Part shown: piece after piece, positions 8,050-14,459 of the stretch
How positions within the stretch are numbered: position 1 is the first letter of the stretch
Layout of the letters: the number at the start of each line of letters is the position of its first letter
Source: Candidatus Woesearchaeota archaeon
GTDB taxonomy: Archaea > Nanobdellota > Nanobdellia > SCGC-AAA011-G17 > GW2011-AR18
Direction: 5' to 3'
NCBI GenBank assembly: GCA_018302765.1
Contig: JAGVZG010000014.1
Span: 1 to 14,459, forward strand
Length of the DNA: 14,459 nucleotides
Made by a program: the position numbers and the translations under genes
The notes under the pieces: model-generated
The model's input: only the letters and a program-made list of their open reading frames with translations
The model's database searches: none
What the model was told of the DNA's origin: nothing

Positions 8050-9221
8050 GCATAGAAAAGTTATTCCATGAATTTATAGAAAAATATGAAATACCAAAAG
8101 ACAGAATAAAGAAAGGAATAGAAGATAATTACAATAAAGAAGCCCAATATTATTTAGAAAATTATGAATGGCCAAATAAAAGAGGAGGTATTACAACTGA
8201 AGAAGGTGTGGCATATTATTTTAGAGCATCATTATATGATAAAATTCTAGATTGGCATTTAAGACAAAAAATTAGCAGTATTGAAATTCCTTTAGAAACA
8301 GCAAGAGATCTATTTGAAAAATCCAAAAGGCTTGGTTGTTATAGGCTTGCAAAAGTTATCAGAAAAGTATGCAAAAATAAACTTCCTGAAATAATAACGC
8401 CTCCAAGACACGAAGAACCAAGTATACCTTTAGATCGTATAATAATATCTCTAAGAAAAGGAAAACCAAGAAAAATAGAAGATGTTATAAGTGAAATGGA
8501 ATTAAAAAGCTATCTGAAAGAACTTGCTAATTCAAAAAATTTAGATAAAAAAGAAAAAATACAAGAAAGTTATAGAATTGAATTAAAACAAAACTCTTGT
8601 ACTTATAGTGAAGTTGGAACATTAGATTATTCTGTAATACAAACACAAAAGTTATACGAAGAATCAGGAATTCCTTTTGAAGAAAGAACAGTAAAATTAG
8701 CGTATAGTATTCTTTTAGAAAAAGAAAATACAAGATTGGGATATATAAATACCTTAGATTTCCTTTTATGGCTTAAAGAAACAACAGGAATTAAACCAAA
8801 GGAGAAGCTAATCAAAAAAGCCCTAAGTAGTTTAATCAGTATTTCATTTAATCACAGAAATCCAAAATCTTATTTTGAAAAATTAGAAAAACTTGGAGAA
8901 ACAAGAATAACAGATTTGCTAAATGAAAGTGAAACAAATCAATTAAAAAGAGTATATTTCTATGCTGTAAAATATTTTGAATCAGAAAAAATGAGAGGAT
9001 TAGAAAGTGTTACAGGAATAAAACCAAACTTAACAGAAGAAGCCTATCAGAGAATTTATTTAAGATCTTTTGAACACGAAGGCGTTGCAGAAATGTATAA
9101 AATTTACAAACATTATTTAGTCCCACCTTCAGAAGAATTTTTTGCTAGATTTGTAGAAAGATATGCAAATATTACTATGGAAAATAAATTTGAAAGAAAA
9201 TTTATATCTGACGTATTATAA
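8046..9221 (+). CDS. Hypothetical protein with C-terminal helical repeats (TGIKP-type)
   Basis: 391-aa ORF with repeats LYEESGIPFEE, LKETTGIKPKE, LESVTGIKPNL, IYKHYLVPPSEE. Translationally coupled to the upstream ORF. Confidence 0.82.
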   Translation: MSIEKLFHEFIEKYEIPKDRIKKGIEDNYNKEAQYYLENYEWPNKRGGITTEEGVAYYFRASLYDKILDWHLRQKISSIEIPLETARDLFEKSKRLGCYRLAKVIRKVCKNKLPEIITPPRHEEPSIPLDRIIISLRKGKPRKIEDVISEMELKSYLKELANSKNLDKKEKIQESYRIELKQNSCTYSEVGTLDYSVIQTQKLYEESGIPFEERTVKLAYSILLEKENTRLGYINTLDFLLWLKETTGIKPKEKLIKKALSSLISISFNHRNPKSYFEKLEKLGETRITDLLNESETNQLKRVYFYAVKYFESEKMRGLESVTGIKPNLTEEAYQRIYLRSFEHEGVAEMYKIYKHYLVPPSEEFFARFVERYANITMENKFERKFISDVL

Positions 9222-9223
9222 TT

Positions 9224-9556
9224 CTAAGCTCTTCTTTTTCCATTGCCATTATAACTTTTCTTTCCAGAATTAGCAGGGCCAAAATATTGCCAGCATAAAT
9301 ATTCTTTACCCATCTTTGATTTTTTAAGTAGTTTCACTCTGCTTCCATCAATAGTAAAATAAGCAAAAGTTCCCTTAGGAGATTTCAAAAAATAATCTCC
9401 ATCTTTCCAATTAGTTGCTATATCTTTTATAAAACCGACAAAATGCTTCTGAGTTTTAACATGTTTTCTTTCAATCTTTAATAAAGGTTTGAACTGGTAA
9501 ACTATAGAATAATTTGGTCTGACCTGCATGACGGTCATTTTATCACTAAATACCAT
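9224..9556 (-). CDS. Small basic hypothetical protein (110 aa)
   Basis: Lys/aromatic-rich ORF. TTTATAAA (9595-9588) lies upstream. It fills the gap between a convergent stop and rps2. Confidence 0.7.
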   Translation of the reverse strand: MVFSDKMTVMQVRPNYSIVYQFKPLLKIERKHVKTQKHFVGFIKDIATNWKDGDYFLKSPKGTFAYFTIDGSRVKLLKKSKMGKEYLCWQYFGPANSGKKSYNGNGKRRA

Positions 9557-9612
9557 TTTAAGCCTAAAAAATAGAAAAACTCAAAACTTTATAAATCTTT
9601 TGGAAAAAATGC

Positions 9613-10215
9613 TCAATCTGGACTAAAGTCTTCTAATTTGCCTGTAAATTCACTGTAATCTTTTATTACACCTCTTAATTTAAGATATTCCCTAGCCAGA
9701 ATCCAAAACACTAAACCTAAGCTTTTTTTACCTTTATTATTACATGGAACAACTAAATCAACATTAGCAAGTTCGTTGTTTGTATCGCAAAGTGCAATTA
9801 CAGGTATTCCTACTCTAGCAGCATCATCAACTATATTTTTGTCTGGAAAAGGATCTCCTACTAAAATTAACTTAGTTTCTATAAATTTATCAAGATTTGT
9901 ATTTGTTAAAATTCCTGGAGGATACCTACCAGCAAAAGTCTTTATACCTGTAAATTTAGAAAACATTTCTATTGCTGTCCACCCGTTTTCTCTTCTGCAG
10001 ACAATAACTATCTCTTCTGGCTTATAATACGATAATAATTTAGCAGCAACTTCAAGCCTTTCATTTAATTTTTGAACGTTTAAAACACTTAAACCATCAT
10101 TCCTGACTTTATATATGAAAGGTGACATAGCCTTAGTTCTAAACTTAGTACCTATATGTAACCCTACTTTAAGATAATCGTCAACTGGAACCAAGTATTG
10201 TTCTGTTTCTACCAT
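9613..10215 (-). CDS. rps2: 30S ribosomal protein S2 (uS2)
   Basis: YLKVGLHIGTKFRT..M.PFIYKVRNDGL, GRYPPGILTN, PVIALCDTNN...VDLVVPCNNKGKKSLGLVFWILARE. Confidence 0.97.
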   Translation of the reverse strand: MVETEQYLVPVDDYLKVGLHIGTKFRTKAMSPFIYKVRNDGLSVLNVQKLNERLEVAAKLLSYYKPEEIVIVCRRENGWTAIEMFSKFTGIKTFAGRYPPGILTNTNLDKFIETKLILVGDPFPDKNIVDDAARVGIPVIALCDTNNELANVDLVVPCNNKGKKSLGLVFWILAREYLKLRGVIKDYSEFTGKLEDFSPD

Positions 10216-10282
10216 TTTTCATCTTTAGCCAATAACCAAGAACAAATGCTTCTTTTTTGCCTCAGCATGTTTGGCTTTCAAC
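10216..10282 (-). promoter_or_regulatory. Long structured 5' leader of rps2 (candidate cis-regulatory RNA)
   Basis: TATA TTTATAAA (10310-10303) is 87 nt from the ATG. The leader can form a ~13-bp interrupted stem (AGCCA/TGGTT, AAC/GTT, ATGCT/AGCAT). No SD motif is visible. Confidence 0.45.
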
Positions 10283-10414
10283 TTCTTGGAAAATTTAAAG
10301 ACTTTATAAACATTACTAAGCACAGTTTAGGTTTGCACGAACCACTTATACTTACAAAATTAAACCCAATATTATTTTGAATTAGTTATTTGCTAAACTT
10401 ATTCTAAGACTTAT

Positions 10415-10433
10415 AAATAATAAAAAAGAAAAA
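10415..10433 (-). terminator. Candidate archaeal oligo-T terminator after the surface-protein anchor
   Basis: The minus strand directly after the stop reads TTTTTCTTTTTTATTATTT. Confidence 0.4.
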
Positions 10434-10745
10434 TTATTTTTTTCTAACCAAAGCAAAGTACAATATAAACAACAACACCAGTACAGCTAAGACTACAGCC
10501 AACCAAACAACATAGTTTGTCTTTTTCTCAACTGCAATAGTTTCCTTTGTAATTGGCTGTTGTTCTGGTTGTGCCTCTCCAGATGGCGCACTAACACTTT
10601 GTTTCTCCCCAATAGCAAAGTAACTAAATCCTGAAGTTAAAGATGAATAATGCACTTTATTCTCATCCTCGCTTAATAATGTTGTAGGTAAAACATCCCA
10701 CTTATCACATCGCCCTTTAAATCTGCATTTGTAAAGCTTGTTGGC
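10434..10745 (-). CDS. Out-of-frame C-terminal part of the surface protein: end of PGF-pre-PGF domain, linker, TM anchor
   Basis: Frame is open from 10745: ...DKWDVLPTTLLSEDENKVHYSSLTSGFSYFAIG...NYVVWLAVVLAVLVLLFILYFALVRKK*. W..LPT...Y...GFSYFAI is the end of a PGF-pre-PGF domain. The GTG start called at 10655 lies inside that domain. Confidence 0.8.
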   Translation of the reverse strand, partial: ANKLYKCRFKGRCDKWDVLPTTLLSEDENKVHYSSLTSGFSYFAIGEKQSVSAPSGEAQPEQQPITKETIAVEKKTNYVVWLAVVLAVLVLLFILYFALVRKK

Positions 10746-13700
10746 TTAATTTCATAATACTTGAATACCTTAACACCTAATTGTTGCGTAACAAGTGTAT
10801 TAATTTGAGTTGCTGATATTTCGCTAGAGCTCATCTTTGCTTCTTTTATATCATTAGCTACAACAAATTTCACATCAACTATTGAAGATTTCTCTCCATC
10901 AAATGTAAATTTAAGTTCCTCTCCTGACTTTGCATTGAACAATGTTGATGTTAAAGTAGGCTCAACAGCAGATTTTGTAGTTCTTCCACTGCCTCCACTG
11001 CTAGAGCTAGCTGCAGTTGTTGTAGATGAAGAAGTTGCTGGTACTGTTGTAGTTGTTGCATATGAAGAAAATCCTATTGTAGAAGGAACTCTCCAAGTAG
11101 ACGTTTTTGTACTTGTATTAATTAAAAGTTTAGACACGCCTGTCTCATTAGTAATATTAAGGCAGTTTGATGTACCGTCATCATCGCAGTGCATTAAACT
11201 ATCTCCTGTACCAGGGACTGTAATAACTACAGTTGATGCTCCTAATAACTGAGATATCTCATTCCATTTTGTACTATTCAAAGAAACGTACCCATAACTG
11301 GAATTTCTTTGTGTAACATTGAAAGCATTTGTAAAATTAATTTCAGCTGCCTTAGCAATATTAACGCCTTCAAAAGCTACGCCTGTGCCATTTACGCCAG
11401 TAAGCTCTAACGTAATATTAGTAAGTACGCTAACGTTTGTTGTAACAGTAGAACTATTAGCGCTTATAGATTGAGCTATAGTACCATTTGGATGTTTAAA
11501 TCTTATAGCTAAAGAATTTAGTAATGGATTATTTTGATCAGCATTAAATATAGGTCTAAATGCTACAACCCTATCTTGTGACCCTGGAGCGGTTGTAAAG
11601 TTTAGACAAGAAGTAACTGCTCTTTTTCCATTTTCAGCTGTTACTGTTGCTTTATAAAAATGTACTGTGTCATTTGTAATATTTAAAGTTACTACAGAAC
11701 CATTTCCTTCTGGAACAGTTCCATTAAACAAAGATAAACCATGGAAAGACCTATAGTCATCAAATGTAAATCCGGGATCGCCTAAATCATACAGCAATAT
11801 AGGAGTATTACTACAAGTTGTATTAATTCCATAAAATGAAACTGTCAAATTAGTAGGTTTTGAAGTTTGAACTATTAAGAATGCACCATCTCTTTGTGTT
11901 TCAGCTCTGGTCGAATATAGTGTTGGAGCTGTTTTATCTGCACTAGCGTTGTACAATAAAGAAGAACTTCTACATTGTGGCACAAATGAACATAAAGGAT
12001 CAGCGCAGTCTGACAATCCATTACTATCCTCATCACCAGAACTTACACAATCCTCAAGTCTAAAAAATTTACCCCCACCTTGCAATGCAAAATTACTACC
12101 GCAAGCTGTTGGATTTGAAAAACAATCAGTAGGTTTAACATCTGCTGTACCTGGAGTATAATAAGATCCTATTAAAGAATCCACAGCATTGCTTATAGTC
12201 ATATTACTACCTGCTGGAATTGTTACAGATGCAGAAATATTGCCTGTAAATACAGATATTTTCATAGGCACTCTAAGTGAAGCTGCTGTTCCTTTACCAA
12301 TGCTATTCTTAGGAATAACTAATACTGAAGCGCCTCCCCCATCAGGGAAAGAACATATAAAATTTCTCTCACTAGCAGGCATTCCTGCTAAACCAGCAGA
12401 GAATGCAATCATAGCATAACTACCAGAAACGTTCGAACATTTATAACCTATTTTAGTTTCAGTCCCATTTGTTTCATTCACTACATAACTATAAAGATAG
12501 TCTACACCTGTTAAAGTCGCAGCGTTACTGCCAGTCAAATTATAATTCACATTACATCCTGTTGAGACGTTATCATCAGAATCTACAACGTAAAAGAATT
12601 TCTGAGTCATATTAGCAACATTACCATTATGAGGATGGCATTGAGGTGCAAAATTATTTGTAGAAGTGGCTATACCTATTCCAAAAGCAGAGTCCATATC
12701 CTTAATTCCAAGGCCTTTTATATCAATTTCACTAGCGTTCTTAACAGCTACAGTTTCATTAATTTGATCCTCTCCTATAATAACAGGAGGACCACTTGCT
12801 CCACCCTTGAAAAAAAGATCTTGTTTAAAAAACTCAGGATTAAAACCTGCTCCTATATTAAGCCCAAAGTCAGTTGGATTGAATCCACCACCGCATGAAG
12901 GATCTGCAGTTTTCCATGCATCAATACCTGCAGCAGAGTTAAAACATATTGAATCACTACAATCTATTCTACCATTGCCATTGTCATCAACGCCATTAAA
13001 GCAAATCTCAGTAAAGTCAACTGCGCCCTGAGAAGTAGTCCCATTTGTCATATTTACATATAAACAAACACCTAAGGAATTACTCCAATTAAATTCAGAG
13101 CCTAAAGTAGTACACGATGCAGGATTATTACACAATGTAGGATTTGATACACTGCATATTCTTTCATTTGCAGGTCTGCACTCAGAAGTATTAATAACCG
13201 GATCTACTGTCTTCCACTGGCATCTGCCAGCTTGACCCCCTCCGGTTTGCTCACAAGAAGACTGAGCAAAGCAACCCATACAAGCATTTGCACACGGTAC
13301 CATAATATCTCCACCAAGGAAAGGTTCACGGCACATTGTTGTAGCAGTATCCCACGTACCTGGAGCCCTAAACTGTGTCCCTAAAGTACAATTGGTTTGA
13401 TCTTTACATAAACCAGCAAAATGATTGCAATCTTGTATAGCTGAAAAATCATCACTGCAACCATTAAACTGACTATTCCATGTGCAAGTTAAACCTTCAT
13501 TAATAGAAGTTGTTTGACAAGCTGTTTGATTTGTATATTTTTGACAACCTTGTCCACCACTAAAACCAAAACCACTACCAGGAATTAATTCATCTATTAA
13601 AGTTGAATTTGGAAATGTAGAAGTTAATTTAACTGAAAGATCTCTAATAGGTCCATTTAAATTTGAAGGTGACAAGCCCAGCGCACCTTGGCTCAAATAA

Positions 13701-14245
13701 AAACTTAATGTATATGGTGGATGACTAGAACACGCTTCTTCAGTACTGTTAACAATAAATACTACAGAATCATTATTCTGAAATGCAGTTGTGGTTGTAT
13801 TCCAAAATTGCAACCTCATTAAACTAGCAAAATCTGAAGAACTAAAATTAGTGCCATTTAATAATATTCTTCTATCAGCTCCAGGAAAACAAGAAGCTGG
13901 ATCACCAAAAGTGTTGCAACCTGTAGCTACATTTTTATCACTATCTACATAAAGCAACAAAGAAATGTTTAAACCTTTTGGGGTACAGAAAGTAGTATTT
14001 GTAAAATTTCCATCAAAAATTAAGTTAAATGCAATATCACTAACATTAGCAGAAGCCCACATTACTCCTAAATTAGCCCCACTACTAACCATACCAGGAG
14101 CAGCTGACATAGAATTTCCATTAGCACACAAAGAATTATCAAAATTAAAAGTATTTCCTCCAACATACCAAGTATCTGAAAATCCAAAAACATTAAAAAC
14201 CGAAAGTAAGGAAAATAAAAACAATAAAAATAAACTCTTTTTCAA
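10673..14245 (-). CDS. Large secreted Cys-rich cell-surface glycoprotein (S-layer/adhesin-like), separated from its anchor by a frame break
   Basis: Signal peptide MKKSLFLLFLFSLLSVFNVFG (TTG start, GGAGG 9 nt upstream). About 45 N-x-S/T sequons by eye. Two DSDxNVxTGC motifs, two E.C...D...NG..DC.D..C motifs, an FN3-like segment, a Ser/Thr/Gly linker and the first half of a PGF-pre-PGF domain (KVFKYYEI). Confidence 0.85.
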   Translation of the reverse strand: MKKSLFLLFLFSLLSVFNVFGFSDTWYVGGNTFNFDNSLCANGNSMSAAPGMVSSGANLGVMWASANVSDIAFNLIFDGNFTNTTFCTPKGLNISLLLYVDSDKNVATGCNTFGDPASCFPGADRRILLNGTNFSSSDFASLMRLQFWNTTTTAFQNNDSVVFIVNSTEEACSSHPPYTLSFYLSQGALGLSPSNLNGPIRDLSVKLTSTFPNSTLIDELIPGSGFGFSGGQGCQKYTNQTACQTTSINEGLTCTWNSQFNGCSDDFSAIQDCNHFAGLCKDQTNCTLGTQFRAPGTWDTATTMCREPFLGGDIMVPCANACMGCFAQSSCEQTGGGQAGRCQWKTVDPVINTSECRPANERICSVSNPTLCNNPASCTTLGSEFNWSNSLGVCLYVNMTNGTTSQGAVDFTEICFNGVDDNGNGRIDCSDSICFNSAAGIDAWKTADPSCGGGFNPTDFGLNIGAGFNPEFFKQDLFFKGGASGPPVIIGEDQINETVAVKNASEIDIKGLGIKDMDSAFGIGIATSTNNFAPQCHPHNGNVANMTQKFFYVVDSDDNVSTGCNVNYNLTGSNAATLTGVDYLYSYVVNETNGTETKIGYKCSNVSGSYAMIAFSAGLAGMPASERNFICSFPDGGGASVLVIPKNSIGKGTAASLRVPMKISVFTGNISASVTIPAGSNMTISNAVDSLIGSYYTPGTADVKPTDCFSNPTACGSNFALQGGGKFFRLEDCVSSGDEDSNGLSDCADPLCSFVPQCRSSSLLYNASADKTAPTLYSTRAETQRDGAFLIVQTSKPTNLTVSFYGINTTCSNTPILLYDLGDPGFTFDDYRSFHGLSLFNGTVPEGNGSVVTLNITNDTVHFYKATVTAENGKRAVTSCLNFTTAPGSQDRVVAFRPIFNADQNNPLLNSLAIRFKHPNGTIAQSISANSSTVTTNVSVLTNITLELTGVNGTGVAFEGVNIAKAAEINFTNAFNVTQRNSSYGYVSLNSTKWNEISQLLGASTVVITVPGTGDSLMHCDDDGTSNCLNITNETGVSKLLINTSTKTSTWRVPSTIGFSSYATTTTVPATSSSTTTAASSSSGGSGRTTKSAVEPTLTSTLFNAKSGEELKFTFDGEKSSIVDVKFVVANDIKEAKMSSSEISATQINTLVTQQLGVKVFKYYEIKPTSFTNADLKGDVISGMFYLQHY

Positions 14246-14361
14246 AATATCATGCCTCCCTCATCAAAATACAATTTATTTTTAGAAACACAATAATATA
14301 AAAATATTTATATAAATTAAATAGTAACAAAGAAATAGCTAGAACATAATACTAAAATTTA

Positions 14362-14459
14362 GTGACGTCCTCTCAGGCCTAAAGGCCTGAGCTTCCTTAG
14401 TTTGAAACCAAACAGTGGTGCGTATCCTGATTGTTCACGTATGAAATTGTTTTCTCTAG
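14362..14459 (-). mobile_element. Right end of an IS200/IS605-family insertion sequence (continues beyond the window)
   Basis: Minus strand reads GAAG-CTCAGGCC-TTTA-GGCCTGAG-AGGACG-TCAC: a subterminal 8-bp hairpin, a 5' guide GAAG and a terminal TCAC, matching the IS608-type guide/cleavage pairing pattern. It is preceded by a TnpA-like C-terminus. Confidence 0.85.
14397..14459 (-). CDS. tnpA: C-terminal fragment of Y1 HUH transposase TnpA (partial)
   Basis: Hand translation gives LEKTISYVNNQDTHHCLVSN*. YVNNQ fits the catalytic YxxxQ helix of IS200/IS605 TnpA. The stop lies immediately before the end hairpin. Confidence 0.72.
   Translation of the reverse strand, partial: LEKTISYVNNQDTHHCLVSN

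Noticed and set aside
4819-10027. Antisense ORFs 4819-5028, 5624-5893, 8527-8733, 8627-8815, 9776-10027
   Set aside because: Entirely nested opposite longer, better-supported CDSs; their composition mirrors the sense strand.
10330-10343. GGTTCG resembling a tRNA T-arm
   Set aside because: No GTTCRANYC loop geometry, acceptor stem or anticodon arm.
10198-10380. 60-aa plus-strand ORF over the rps2 promoter
   Set aside because: Starts antisense inside rps2, crosses its TATA and leader, and has no recognisable features.
10935-14285. Plus-strand ORFs antisense to the surface protein
   Set aside because: Expected by-products of Ser/Thr/Asn-rich coding on the opposite strand.
1-14459. CRISPR array, rRNA, tRNA, or an intein in EF-2
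   Set aside because: No regularly spaced direct repeats or GC-rich structural RNA blocks. EF-2 is normal length with no insertion.

Overview
Low-GC archaeal window, most consistent with a DPANN (Woesearchaeota/Pacearchaeota-like) genome. This placement is inferred from the archaeal EF-2, eS6, uS2, TrmB-type regulator, TATA promoters and a PGF-pre-PGF surface protein. Housekeeping genes (EF-2, rps6e, rps2, a MinD-like ATPase) are scattered as mostly single, TATA-preceded and often leaderless units among hypothetical genes. Main points: (1) A 1190-aa Cys-rich, heavily N-glycosylatable surface protein has its PGF-pre-PGF end and membrane anchor in the -1 frame, right after an in-phase T TTA AAG slippery heptamer. 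This is either programmed shed/anchored switching or a short-repeat deletion. (2) EF-2 has non-canonical G1 (AHIHHGKT) and switch I (RLMTV) motifs but an intact diphthamide loop. (3) rps2 has a structured leader of about 65 nt. (4) An uncalled, multiply frameshifted tandem paralog lies at 5221-5564. (5) A candidate operator palindrome lies between trmB and a divergent two-gene operon encoding a TGIKP helical-repeat protein. (6) The right end of an IS200/IS605 element (tnpA C-terminus, hairpin, GAAG/TCAC guide-cleavage pair) sits just upstream of the surface-protein promoter. No CRISPR array, rRNA, tRNA or reverse transcriptase was seen.
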